From Eledone cirrhosa (Eukaryota), in the NCBI GenBank assembly GCA_964016885.1, contig OZ024740.1, positions 70,618,001-70,682,000 of the forward strand: DNA of 64,000 bases, given 5' to 3'. Positions within the stretch are counted from its first letter, which is position 1. Each line of letters begins with the position of its first letter. The notes under the pieces are model-generated. The model saw nothing but the letters and a program-made list of their open reading frames with translations. It was not told where the DNA came from and searched no databases. This document shows positions 11,040 through 24,405 of this stretch, piece by piece. The position numbers and the translations under genes were made by a program.

Positions 11040-12690
11040 TTGAAGATTGTTGTTAACCTTATTTAATCAAATTTAATGGAATATTTTCCACATCAAACAA
11101 ATGACATAGTGCTCGCGGCAGCAGTAAAGAGAGTAGAATTGGAAAATTTCTAATTGATCTCAGTCATTAAGTCCTGCCATGCAGTCTATCGTTTTTGTAA
11201 TCAACCCCAGGAAAGTTTCAATTTTCGTAATACTTTGTTTCGTGTCAGAAGACATTATCCAAGGTGACACCGCGAAAATATATTGTAAGAATATCCCTAG
11301 AACTGAATTTTCTGAGAATCAAGGAACACATCCTACAAATCATGCGAACGCTGTTATTTATGTAAGAACTGTAGCTTAAATTGTTATCGACCATTACTTT
11401 ATGGTCTATAATATTGCTAGATGCCACAGGGCTTTCGTCCAAATGAAGAGAGTATGGTAACTTAAATGTATCCTCTTTTCTAAAGTGAATTAGTTCTAAT
11501 TTATTCTCCGCTCATTGGATAATAACGAGCGGGTCTGATTGAAGATATGACCAGTCTCCCACACCGTTGATCCCTTTCTGAAGCTTAGAGATATCTTCGA
11601 AGATTCTTATTTTGCTATGTAACATCTATAATGTCATTAATGAAAATAAGGAATAGGAGTGTGAGATTCCATTAGTGACGTTTGCTGAGCGCATCTGTAC
11701 TCCTTTGATCACAAGATGTTGAGTTCTATTCACCAGGAAACACTCAATCCACTATAGTAGCTTCTCACATGTTCCAATGCTAGGTGGTTTCTTCAACAGG
11801 ATGCTATGATCGACCCCGTCAAAGGTCTTGCTAAAGTCAAGATATATAACATAACATCTGGATTGGAGCCCTCTCCCAATGCATTTAGATTGCCATCAAT
11901 GTGGTGCATCAGTTGTGTTAATCGGTCCCTACCATCACGTAATCTATGCTGGTTACAATTAAGATGGTTGTTGCTTTCGAGGAAGGGAGTTACTCGGCAT
12001 CTCACAACCTTTTGAAATGATTTGATGATATGAGAGGTAAATGAGATCGTTTGGTAATTTCACTTTATTGAATACCAATAATTTAATCAAAACTGGGACA
12101 ACAGATTGGGATTGAAAATGTTCAGGTATATAGCTTGCTTCCAGTAAGTTCCTCCAAAAACTAGCTAAGAGGTATGCCAGTTGATGTTGATACTCCTTCA
12201 GGATCGTTGCAGGGAATCTATCGATGCCAACTGCTGAGTTGTGTTTAATTTTGTTCATTGATGCTATAATATCAGGGGCGCCGAACGTTATGTAAGACAT
12301 AATGTGTTGGAGGCTAACTTCACAGATCATTTACAGATCAACCATATCAGAATAGCTGAAAATAGAACAGTATTGTTTTTGCAGCATCTTACAAACCAGA
12401 GGGTCAACAGAGGAGACAACGACCTTGTGTTTTTTAGGCAAATGAGAACTCTTTGGAATTGAGTTTAATTTTATGATTAGCCCAATCCCCCTTCCTCAGT
12501 TATTCTTTCGTTATTGATGATAAGCATCATGAAGTTTTAAAGATTGTTTTTATTTTATTTACGCAATGCTATAGCAGTTGAATGGATGTGTTACTGCAGG
12601 CAATATCTTAGTTGGTTGATTTCTTTTATTAAGATTTTTTTTCTTTCTAACAAAGGTTTTTCGGTCATTAGGGAACCTGCACTAAGTTAT
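11040..12690 (-). mobile_element. Heavily decayed CR1/jockey-group LINE RT fragment
   Basis: NSAVGIDRFPATILKE, IPEHFQSQSVVPV, NQH.LRDGR..LTQL, DF.KTFD.VDH remnants with many stops and frameshifts. Confidence 0.6.
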
Positions 12691-12765
12691 GGCCACGGAT
12701 CTTGATGGAGAGATTTTGAACACACACACACGCACACGCACACGCACACGCACAAACAGGCAAAT

Positions 12766-12796
<31 letters not shown>

Positions 12797-12819
12797 TATA
12801 TATATATATATATATATAT

Positions 12820-12946
12820 AACGAAGGAAGTGTGGTAAAGGAACCAGATGGACCATAACGCACCAGAGTACTCAATACTTAGGGTAGTAGAGGGGGGATA
12901 GGAAAATGTTTAACCCCGACGGCAGAGCTCAAGCCGTTTCGACGGC

Positions 12947-12950
<4 letters not shown>
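12820..12950 (-). mobile_element. PLE-tail module (family of 1787-1980), truncated just 5' of the hammerhead GAAA
   Basis: Near-identical to 1787-1917; flanked by (TA)n. Confidence 0.65.
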
Positions 12951-12980
<30 letters not shown>

Positions 12981-12982
<2 letters not shown>

Positions 12983-15326
12983 TCATCATCATCATCACCG
13001 TTTTACGTCCGTTCTTCCACGCTAGCATGGGTTAGACGGGTTGTCCTGTTGTGGGCAGTGTCTGGTCGGCTGACCATGCCTTGCTCATACAGGAACTGAT
13101 CTGGCTTGATTTCTACAGCTGGATGCCCTTCCTAACACCAACCTCATTTACAGTGAGTGCTGGGTGCTTTTTCGTGGCGCCTACACGTCCACTTTACAGT
13201 GTGGGCTGGGTGCTTTTTTGCCGTGGCACCTCCACGGCCACCTTGCGGTGGGGGGGGGCATATTGTTTATATGCTTCAGCATGTACCCATGGGAGGTCGG
13301 GTACCCTGTATTACTGCGTGACGCCAGAAGTCACGGTCGTGTGTCATTGACTTTGAGAGGTGTAGTTGGGTAAGGTCGGCTTTTATCACCTCATCCCAAG
13401 TCATCTTGGGTCTCCCCACTCCGCGGTTTCCATCAACTTCTAGTGCTCTGCACCTTTTTATGCAGCTGTCATCCTTCATACGCATCACATGTCCATACCA
13501 GCGTAACCGCCTCTCCTGCACGCAGCATTTGATTCCTCTTATGCTCAGTCTCTCTCTCAATTCCTTTATGCTTTGTCGTTCACGTATATTACTGTTACAC
13601 ATCCATCGGAGCATGCAGGCTTCGTTTCTCTCTAATCTACGTAAGTCTTCCACCTTCAGCGCCCAGGTCTCACTACCATGCAACATCGCTGTTCGGATAC
13701 ACGCATCATACAGTCTGCCTTTCATTCTGAGGGAGAAGCCTTTTGCAGCTAGCAGTGGTAGTAGTTCCCTAAACTTCTTCCATCCCGTTCTTACCCTAGT
13801 TATTGTACTTTCTGAGCACCCACCTCCGTTGCTAATTCGGTCACCTAGGTAGCAGAAGCTGTCTACTGTTTCTACAGGGCTCTCCCAGAGATTGGTGGTA
13901 CTTGTTTCCTGTGGCTGTTTGCTTGCTGTTTCAGCACAGCTGCTGCATGTGAATCCTACATTCTTAATTAAGCTTCCTGAGATCCCGCTACATCTCTTGT
14001 GTACCCATTGTTTGCATTTGGGGCAGAGAATGGAGTTCCTACCTACACCTTTCCTACATACTGAGCAAGGCCATTTCCCTGAGGGGATCTGGGTTCTGTT
14101 TTCTCGTCTACTTACAAGGACCTTAGTCTTTGTCATGTTGACTTTGAGGCCCTTTCTCTCTAGTCCCTGCTTCCAGGTTTGGAATTTATTCTCTAGTTCT
14201 ACCATAGATTCAGCTATGAGTGCGAGGTCATCAGCATACAGGAGTTCCCATGGGCATCCGGTCTTAAACTCCTCCGTTATTGCCTGCAGGACTATGATGA
14301 ACAGGAGAGGGCTAAGAACAGAGCCCTGGTGGACCCCAACCTGTACGCTAAATTCCTCGCTATACTCATTGCCAATCCTAACTTTGCTGACTGCTCCCCT
14401 ATACATGGCTTGTACCGCTTTCACAAGCCATTCATCTACTCCTAGTTTTCTAAGAGCCCACCAGATTACTGCACGTGGAACTCTGTCAAAGGCTTTCTCA
14501 AGGTCGACAAATGCCAAGTAGAGTGGCTTACTTTTAGCTAGGTACTTTTCCTGTAATTGCCTCACAAGGAAGAGGGCATCAGTGGTGCCTTTCCCTGGTA
14601 CAAACCCAAATTGCATCTCGTCTATATTCACCCGGTCCCTAATCAGCTGTGCTATAACTCTTTCTGTTACTTTCATGACCTGGTCCATCAACTTTATACC
14701 TCTATAGTTTCCTCTATCTAGTGCATCGCCTTTACCTTTGTAGCAGTTGACAATGATGCTACTGCACCAATCTTTTGGTATGGCCCCCTCTAGTATTACC
14801 TGGTTAACGATACGTGTGGTTATAGTGTGACCTACAGACCCAGATGCCTTCAGCATCTCGGCAGCTATACCCGATGGACCGGTTGCCTTCCCTATCTTCA
14901 TATCTCTGATTGCCTTACTTACTACGCTGCCGCTGACTTGTACTGCTGGTCCCTCTATAGGGTCTACGTGGGGTAGGGTCTCTTCTTCCCATGCATTCTC
15001 CTCATTTAGTAATCTATCATAATGACTCTTCCATGCATCTTTCTTCTCAGCACTTGTGAGGGCAAGCTCACCTTTATCATTCCGGATACACTTCTCTCCA
15101 ATGACATCACAACTATCTCTGACACACTGCCTCGCAATCTTGAATACCTCCTGTTTCTGGTCCTCACGTTGTAAAACATGCTTGAATTTTCTATCCTCTG
15201 CTTCCCTCCTAGCTAAGTATACTTGTCGCCTAGCTTCCCTCTTGGTCTCTATGTAATGTACCCTGCTCCCCCCGTTCTTCCATTCTTTCCATGCCTGTCT
15301 CTTGGCCTTGACTGCTTCATCTACCT
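12981..15326 (-). mobile_element. 5'-truncated RTE-clade LINE, young, inserted in (TA)n
   Basis: Uninterrupted RT frame, about 290-nt 3' UTR, (GAT)n tail at 12981-12997. No APE domain present. Confidence 0.9.
13276..15326 (-). CDS. RTE ORF2 C-terminal portion: RT with an embedded PHD-like Cys/His finger
   Basis: KGKGD..NYRGI, QFGF, DLEKAFD, GVHQGSVLSP, YADD, CSVC..CPKCKQWVHKRC..CSSC, FCYLG, RRLRWYGH. The start given in the ORF track (15351) lies outside the element. Confidence 0.9.
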
Positions 15327-15339
15327 TATATATATATAA

Positions 15340-16995
15340 GTAGTTCCACAACAGTTAGTTCACCATTACCGAGAACAATTGTTTCACCTCATTCGGACGA
15401 TCAGCTCGGTTTAAATGAGGTCGTATGGAAAAGGAAAAACAACTGTACGAATACGCATGTGCTGAAACAGTCAATTCCTGAAGGGGAGGTAAACCCACGA
15501 TCGATCGATGTAAGGGGAGATAACTGTGGATATATTATTTATGTTATTCAGTCCAGAATATTATAGATTGTTCATGTTAGTCAATCTGGAGGTTTGTAAT
15601 TACGTAATAGGTGTTTCCAGACGTGTGGACAACGGGAAAATAGTTAATTCCTTGAACTTAGACAAGCACTATTATGTAACTTCTCGGGATATTGATTCTT
15701 TCTCCCATGCACAGCCCACATGACGGATTACCATTTCCGTATGGCTTAGACTTAGTAATAAGTTTCCATTGGATGGCATAATTCACGCCTGTGTCCTTGA
15801 GGGACCATACGTGGCTCGCGATCTTCGTGGACGATCGTTTGTCCGGGTATCTGAGGTCGACTGATGATTCCGGAAGCGTTCCTTAAACCGGCCCTCCGTC
15901 ATACCTACATAGGATTTAACCTCTTGTTGTTGATTTGGTCGGTTAGAAGTGACCACAGCTTCGTAAATTTACAGCGGATGTGTTACTTTGTTGTTGAAGG
16001 GGACAAACCTCAGGCCTTCGGGGCAAAAGCATCCTGGTGGGGTGCTGCTCTTAGGGCTGTTGGTGATGTTGGCCTTTATATTCTTAGCACAGGAGTATCC
16101 TAGTTTCATCCTGTGTCTGTTAAAGATGGAACGGTATTTGTGACCTATGGGGAAGTGTCTATCTAAGAGAGCTAAAAATCTTTTGCCAACATTAGTTTTA
16201 ACGTTGAGTTAGAGGTGGGTGGAGAAGCAAATTATTGTTCTATTAACACGATTTCTTTTCCTATTGTTTTTGGCGTTAGTGGGGGAGCAAGTAATTGGTT
16301 GCGAGAAGCCACTGTTAACTAACGCCGCGTTGTAGTAGGGTGCTGCTCTGTCAAAGATTGTTTTATCAGAGGAGAGGTTAGAGATTCTAGTGCCGATATT
16401 TTTCACGAAGTTTCTAAAAACTGTATGAGGGTGGTATGAGTCCTTATGCATGTAATTTAGTTTTTCATTTAGTTTATTACATCTAAAAATGTGTGTGGGA
16501 AGATCTAAATTTATATCTAAGTAATCTATGCTAACAATGTTGGTAGCTACTGTTATCCTCAGTCCTAACTCATTAAAAGTAGTCATTAAATCTTTTTTTA
16601 AATGGTCCACGTTGTGACCACTTTTATGGCTCTATAGGGTCAGACCATCATCGTGGTGTAAGCCCGTGTTTAAGTCCGGGTATAAGTCCGTGTATAAGTC
16701 CGGGAATCTAGTATCTAAAATAAATAAGCCAACCAAGTCGCATACATCAGCACTATCAAATGAGCCCATTGATACGTCGAATAGTTCTGAAGTAGTTGAC
16801 TTCTTTGTCCACACTACTCCAGTGTCGAAGAGGAGGGTTTTCCAGCAATGTGCAATGATCCTGACTAAATCATGGACGGCGGTGTAAGTGGTAGCAAAGT
16901 CCAGCGCTTTTTTGAACAGGGTCACTGAGATCGACGGGTAAAAATCCACAATATCGAATTGAATGATCTTCGTTCTTTTGGAGCTGAAAGAGTTA
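15340..16995 (-). mobile_element. Decayed 5'-truncated PLE of the YRDD type (Nematis-like by inference) with RT and GIY-YIG
   Basis: FDIVDFYPSI, FDVSMGSFDSADVCDLVGL, GLHHDDGL, IDYLDINLDL, then IYEAVV..SYVGMTEGRFKERFRNH..SHVWSLKD..KPY..CGLC at about 15700-15970. Confidence 0.8.
15368..15410 (-). ncRNA. Degenerate type I hammerhead in the PLE 3' pLTR
   Basis: Stem I ACCGAG/CTCGGT, altered core CTGATCG, GAAA, palindromic CAATTG, TT. Confidence 0.45.
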
Positions 16996-17045
16996 AACCA
17001 TATATATGAAAGATTTTAAACCATATATATATAGGTGTGTGTGTG

Positions 17046-17094
<49 letters not shown>

Positions 17095-17771
17095 GTGTGT
17101 GTATGTATCTGTGTGTGTACATGTGTGTATGTGTGTGTGTGTGTGTTGTGTTCATGTGTGTGTTCATTCTGTATCTATCAAAGGATGCATTTCAATACTG
17201 TTAATAAAACGGTATTTTATCATTGAAATAGCTATCAGAATAGAAATACCATCAGCGCCACCACCACTACCAACAACAACAATAATAATGATAATAATAA
17301 TAACAATAGAAGTATAAGTTATTTACCGCTTCTCCTTGTGTGCAGAAAACTCTGTGGGTGTGGTGGAAGAATGATCCTGTGCGCATGTGATTAAACTTAT
17401 GAATTGTTAGTAAATATACGTATGTGGGAAGTACCATTGTACGTCACTGAAATAAATGTTGACCGTGAAACACAGCAAAAAGAAAAGAAAAAAATTCACA
17501 TTATAACATGAACAGAAAATTTCATTTTGTAACAAAACAAAAAAGAATTTCGTTTCTCGCCATTGTTTATGGACATCAGATGTAAATAAATATATGTGTG
17601 TGTATATATATATATAGCTCTTGTTTGCTGAAACAAGCCATCTAACAGGGCCAATAAAGCGCCTATACACGGTCACCTTTATCTGCTAGAAATAGCAGGA
17701 AAATCTGTCTTTATATAGACAGTTAATTGACAGTGTCGCTAGAACAAAATGCCTTGTGGTGTCTGTTTCAC

Positions 17772-18000
17772 CTTTCTGCTTTTCTGGGGGTCGGTAAGAT
17801 ATAATATCTGTCTCGGACAATGATTTGGCGGAATTGTTAGCTGCTTCGTGGTATTTGTTCAGGTTCAATTCTGTTTCGTCATCGAAAAAGCTGCCAAGCC
17901 ATGGACCTTTTTCAGAGTCTCCAGGACTAGTAGGAGAGAAAGAAGAAGGCATTATCAAACCGGGGACCTGGTCGGAATACTTGCAAAAAACCTGACTCCA
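17772..18000 (-). CDS. Possible host exon, product unknown
   Basis: Non-repetitive open frame (WSQVFCKYSDQVPGLIMPSS...PPEKQK) between TTTAG and AAG|GTGAAA. No recognisable motif. Confidence 0.25.
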
Positions 18001-19399
18001 CTAAATGCATCCAAGGGCTAATGGTCAAGTGGTGGTTTTATACTGAGCGAAGGATTAAGTCTAGATACATTAGACAACGTATTTATAAATATAATGATTT
18101 TCCAAGCGGGATGGTCATGGTTGGAACGTCTATATTTATAGTTGTGTTCGACCATCGGTGACATGGGCTAAGGAACAACAAAATCTACCTACCACTATCA
18201 CCAAAAGTAAAGATAGAAGGTACTGTATATAAAGTATTAATTTTCATATTGCAAGCTTAAATGTAATTTAACATGGGATTAAACATCAACAGACCATCTA
18301 CCAACCAAAGAAAAAAGCAGAAGGTATTCTATTCAAAATATCAGTTTTTGTATCTAATTCAAATGCTTAAAAATAGTTTGAAAAGAAATGTCAAAATATG
18401 ACACAATACATCTCTAAATAAAGAAAATACTCTTGACATTTTCTCTGTTTCTTATTCCTTCATTACGTACGTAATGGTGTACGTAATCGTTGACAAACAT
18501 ACTGCTTAAATATATGCAGTCATATCTCGTATATGTTCTTATTGTTATTTAACCCCCAGGTCACACTTGATTTAGTAGACTAGATATTCCCAAACGTTTT
18601 TGATCCACCTGCCCCATTTTTTAGTGAATAACATATATTCAACGCTCCCAACTGTAAAGTTGATAAAAAAAAATTATACTCTAAAAATTAAATTTTATAA
18701 TTATTTATTTGTTTATTTATTTTATTTAGGCATTTATTGTTTTTAATAAGGCTTAATAATTTATATTCTTTTCTCTTTCTTTCTTTACCATTCCTTGATC
18801 CAATGACTCTTTACCACTTCTTTGTCTCACAGTTCTACTCCTAAATCTCCCAGGGTGGTGGCGCCCACTTGGTAAATCACTGGAGTCGACATATGATCAA
18901 GGATCAATAATACTTATAGTGTTTGATATTATGATTTAACAAAGTATTTGAAATGTTGGTCTCAGAGACCCATGCAGGGTCTGTTAACCTCAGTTGGGAA
19001 CAGTGGCCATAAGACAAAACGAACTGTCTTTCAATTATTATTCTCACAACATAGCAATCTAGGAAGGGAGTAATTGCAGTGGGGATGGGTATGAGAAAAT
19101 TCATTTAAATAAAAGAGGTACTTGACATGAAAGAAACGTGACAAACACTGTCTCAAATGTGTTTGAATTTTTTATAATTTCATATGGGCTTTAAGAGATC
19201 TTCATCAGTGGGCGGTTTTAGATGTGTTTTCTTTCAATACACACGAAAGCTTCTTCATCCCTGATGCAGAGGCGTTAAGTGTTTTGTTTCATTGCTATTT
19301 TGTGCTACAGAGTATTTCGATAGTTTATAGTCAACATTGTATGTAATAGACAGTGATAAAAACATTATCTTTCTATCTAGTATTATCGATAAGGGTGGA

Positions 19400-19447
19400 T
19401 CAGCCGCACTAATTTCAAACCTGTGTTAGGATTTCATCAGTGACTGA
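19400..19447 (-). ncRNA. Old degenerate type I hammerhead
   Basis: TCAGTCA-CTGATGA-AATCCT(aacac)AGGTTT-GAAA-TTAG-TG-CGGCTGA; cleavage site mutated. Confidence 0.4.
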
Positions 19448-19794
19448 GTAATCTGTTTAACTGTTCACTGCATTTAAATAAATTCAATAGTCCGATTTGC
19501 CTATATAACATATTTTGACGGATAATTTGATTAAGAAATTAGTTTGCTAAGCTGAAGTAGATAAAATTAATCATTCGGTATCTGGCGATACACCTTACCG
19601 TCAATTTGTAATATTACTTTTTCATACGAGACAACAAGGGTTAGCTCCTCTGTGCTGAATGTTCGTGTTAAGAAAGGGGTTGAGCTGTCAACTGATCACC
19701 ATCTAGTTATCTGCAACTTGACATTACATAAAGCCAAATAAGCCCCCAAAACTGGCAGGTCCAGAGAGGGGGGGGGGAGAAGAAGAAGAAGAAG

Positions 19795-19825
<31 letters not shown>

Positions 19826-19854
19826 CGACGACGACGACGACAACCACCACCACC

Positions 19855-19887
<33 letters not shown>

Positions 19888-20981
19888 ACAACTGCAGTAT
19901 CAGCAAGTTGAAAGATCAAGTAGAGGCTTTCCCGTTGACTAATTGTATATATATATAAGCCTGTTGAATTGAATATGCTTGTACGTCAAAAGACTAGCCT
20001 CTGTATCACCCTGAATCTCTTAGTAAATTACGTTAATGGTACATGTGTTTACACGTTACTGTAACGTTAATGGTACAGGCTATTTACACGTTACTTTAAC
20101 GTAAAGACCGTTCCTCTCATCTAACTACAGGAACACACATCGTCGAAACCGACTGGGGCTTATTTTATTTAGACTTAGGTGAGCCCTGATCAAGTAGACA
20201 CAAAATATTCTTGAGCCATGAACGTCCCACTTTATATATATAAAACTACCATGTAACACTATTCTGAACATTTTTTTAAAATTGGTAGTGATGTAGTTTG
20301 GAGAAGACTTGGCGGCTGTTTTTAACATATTGAATGACCACCTAGTGGTTTTTCTGGTCGCCCCAATAGTCCCATAGCCAACATCTCGTCCAAAAGCATG
20401 ACAGTCTATTGACTCGTATGTTATCATAATACCACCATGATGATGGGGTAGGACGAGTCGGGGTTAGTGGTGTGCGACAAACAGTAGCGGAATGAAGAGG
20501 GGTTAGGTGAGAGGAATTGGTTATAAAAGAAACTAAATACTAAACAACAAAGGCGTTATCGGTGAATACAACTAGTAGTTTACATTAAGGGCGTGAAAGA
20601 TAATAAATGTGTTTAGATCTAAACGTGATACCAAGCAGGGAGCTGGAGTCGGGAAATTTATAATCTCAACCCATAATCAGAAGTACTTGTCGACTAGACT
20701 TTAAACAGTGTTAAAGAAGAAGAAAGCCTTTTTTTATCACTTAAATGTCCAGGTTACATGTACAGACACTATATATTAATATGGTGACGTCCATCCATCC
20801 TTACATACATGCATGCATACAAACATACATACGTGTGTTTGTGTGCGTGTGTGTATGTGTGTGTGCGTGTTTATGTGTGTATGCGTGTGTGTGTGTGTCT
20901 GTGCGCGTGTGTGTGTGCGTGTATATGTGTGTATGTGTGTCCGTGCGTGTGTATGCGTGTGTGTTAGTGCGTGTATATTTA

Positions 20982-21013
<32 letters not shown>

Positions 21014-21059
21014 AGTGTGTGTGCGTGTGCGTGTGTGTGTATGCGTGTGTGTTAGTGCG

Positions 21060-21128
<69 letters not shown>

Positions 21129-21705
21129 GCATGTGTGTGTATGCGTGTGTGTTTGTGTGCGCGCGTGTTTGTGTTGGACCTCTGTCTTTTGCGACGACGT
21201 ATGTTCCAGTTGTTCGATCAGAAGAACGGCCGGGTCGTGAAATTCACGTGCATGTGATTGAGTATTCCGCAAACAGGACTGTTCTTAGTGTAAATCTGAG
21301 GGAGATTCAGCATGACAGAAGTGCGACAACGTTGACACTTTGAATCAATACAACTAATTTTTATCAGCTGAGTGAACTGGAACAACATTAAATGAAGTCT
21401 TGTTCAAGGATATAACGCGTCGCCGAGAATCGAGCTTACGACCTTATGATCACGAACCACGCATCTTCACGTGCATACATATATGCATACACACAGACAT
21501 AAATAAATGCACACAGGTATACATACATGCATGTATACATGCATTCATGCATACATACACACATACATAATATATACATACATACACCCATACATACATC
21601 ATGCGTTCATAAATACATACATACATACACACATACATGACGATGGCTGCCCCCTCGTTATCGAGTATAGCCATTGCACGAAAAAAAAACATAATAACGA
21701 CAATA

Positions 21706-21910
21706 ATAATTGTTTCTACTTTTGGCACAAGGCCAGCAATTACCCAATGCATTACTGGTACTTATAATAACGACAATAATAATAACAACAACAATAATAA
21801 TAATTGTTTCTACATTAGGCACAAGGCCAGCAATCACCCAGTGCATTACTGGTACTTTATTTTATCGACCCCGTAAGGATGAAAGGCAAAGTCAACCTCG
21901 GCGGGATTGA
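21706..21910 (-). mobile_element. Partial tRNA-SINE with duplicated 3' end
   Basis: Two tandem copies of TTGTTTCTAC..GGCACAAGGCCAGCAAT..CATTACTGGTAC with (AAT)n tails. Confidence 0.7.
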
Positions 21911-22004
21911 CTTTACCTTTCAATAATAATAATAATAATAATATATACACACACACACATACACACACATATCTATATACAGACACACACACACACACGA
22001 TAAC

Positions 22005-23030
22005 AATTAACAGTGCTGCGATCGAATGTGGCTTTTTAGCCCAGCCAATTATCTAAAATGTCTTGCACAGAGTCGGCAACCAAAACATTCACTGGGAATA
22101 GCCGGCTGTGGTTGGAGTTCATGTACTTTTGCATGTCGCTTGAGCCCTCCTGCTGATTTACATTCTCTCCTACATGCTTGGCAGGCATGATGGGTAGCAT
22201 CTCCAACAGCAGCCTGGTAGTCAACCACTGGTCTTACTTTATGACTGCGAAGATGACTTTCGAGCCCAGCTTTGGTGAGGTAGAGTCTCGCACAGACGCT
22301 GCATGTCAGCGTCATAGGAGGAGGACCTTCGCTATCTGGAAATGCAACAGTAATGCCCTTCCTCATATCCCTCTTTACTTTCTCGTATGCGATTCGAGAT
22401 ACCTCAAAGGCAACTTTTTCCTCATATACAGTCTGTCTCCATTTATTACGATCAGCAACAACATTTTCCCATGTATCAACAGAGATGTTAGCCTCTTTCA
22501 AAAAGGCTTTCGACGAATCCTTATACATTTTTTTGGTTTATGTGGAGGTCGTTTTCCTTTAACAAACTCTCCATAAAAGAGTTGTTTTGGTATCTAGAAT
22601 CCTTCATCCTGGCAAGGAAACCACTCCAACGGAGTCTTTGCTTACACACAAGAGCTTCAATACTGTCACACAGAGAGCTTTCCAAATCCCTCCAGTGAAC
22701 GCCATGGATCCGCCTGAGACACATCTGATGGAAACGCTCCAATTGTTTAAGGTGTGTGTGTGTATAGATATGTGTGTGTATGTGTGTGTGTGTATGTGAA
22801 CCAGGTCTCGCAGGCATAAAAAAGAGAAGAGAGCACACATGCCTTGTACACCTCTACCTTTGTCTTCTTGCATATGTCTCGCCGACCCCAGAGTCGCCTT
22901 TCTAGCTTTCCGAAAGCATCACTTGTTTTCCTAATCCTGAGTGGAATTTCATTATCAAGGTTGCTGTATCGATTGACAGTGTTTCCAAGGTAGACAAACT
23001 GATCAACCACTCCAAGTCGTTTACCATACA
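22005..23030 (-). mobile_element. 3' part of an RTE (BovB-like) LINE with three C-terminal C2H2 zinc fingers, decayed
   Basis: FVYLG, AFGKL, ACETW, LERFHQ.CLRRI, RLRW; fingers CSVC..HLRSH, CQAC..HAKVH and CRLC..LAGLKSHIRSQH. Confidence 0.8.
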
Positions 23031-23145
23031 CATACATATATGCACGCATACATATATATACATACATACATACATGCATACATGCATACATACATACATA
23101 CATACATACATACATACATACATACATACATACATACATACATAC

Positions 23146-23715
23146 ATGGTGGTGGCTGCCAACTCGTTTTCGAGTACGGCCACTACTTTATATCCATGTA
23201 GGAGAACCCCTACCGATGCGCTGAACGAGTGTGACCTTTTAGTCCAGCCAGCGACTTGAAAACTCTGGTACAAACACTACACTTGTGACAATTATTGACA
23301 CATAGTGCTGGGCTGGTACCATGTGACGACAAGTGCAGAGAAATCTCCAGATATAAAGCAATGCCTGTGCCGTGAAGCTTTTATAGTGAGCAAAGGCACT
23401 GCACAAAGCCAGTCCCACTCTCTTAACCAAGATGATATTTACCAAAAAGAAGAACAAGTCAACATCATTGGATACCATCAGGGTTGCAGGTGTTATATCA
23501 GAGTTTTCCTTCTCCTAGAATTCTGCCTTGACAAAGGCTAAGGGGTCATCTCTCCCGGTGATTTTGGATGGCCATTGACTCTTACGAGCTCCTTTGCCCT
23601 TTGACAGGTTTTGTTTTTAGTCCTGCAGGATGTCCAAAGTCACCCTCCTCACCAGGAAACCTTGGTGGGGTTGCCAGTTTAGTCGCCAACGACCCGACCA
23701 TGAGACGGGTTGTAC
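23146..23715 (-). mobile_element. Bipartite RTE-derived non-autonomous element
   Basis: Same family as 48293-48898; lies within (TACA)n. Confidence 0.8.
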
Positions 23716-24110
23716 ATACATACATACATACATACATACATACATACATACATACATACATACATACATACATACATACATACCCCATTTTGCGATTGTT
23801 ATTTTAGGCATAAATTAGAGCATCGAACAAAATACGTTCTGAGTTTAAATCTCACCGAGATCAACTTTCCTTTTCAGCCTTTCGGGTTTAGTAAAATAAG
23901 TAGCAGTCGAGGTATGGTGAATGGATGAAATAGTTAGAACATTGCTGTATTTATTTCGGTTCTATACATTGAGTTCAAATCTAACTTCTTGACACTAGGA
24001 AAAAGGTGACATGATAGAATTGCAGTCACTAAAATTAAAATACTCAAGGATCCTCCTATGTGGTGCAATCTTATAGGAAGCCAGCTAAAATTACACAGGT
24101 ACAGGGCAAT

Positions 24111-24204
24111 AACAAATACCGCAAGACATCCCGTCTAACGCTCAAGCGACTGCGAACTGGCTGAGTCGCTTGAGCGTTAGACGGGATGTTTTGCGGTATT
24201 TGTT
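24111..24204. repeat. Foldback with 41-bp arms and 12-nt loop, built from a SINE head
   Basis: AACAAATACCGCAAGACATCCCGTCTAACGCTCAAGCGACT followed by its near-exact reverse complement. Confidence 0.8.
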
Positions 24205-24336
24205 CGACTCTTTATTTGTCCCGATGTGATGTATATAGGTGGTCTCCAGTTGAAGGATCCCCCCCCCCACACACACATTCCGTCATAGAAACCCTGAGAA
24301 TTGTCATGGGTACTGCTGATCTATCACTGACTATAA

Positions 24337-24405
<69 letters not shown>

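Noticed and set aside
15862-15868. CTGATGA on the plus strand
   Set aside because: Chance match antisense to GIY-YIG coding sequence.
19135-19212. CTGATGA on the minus strand as a second tandem HHR
   Set aside because: No consistent GAAA, stem III and stem I closure.
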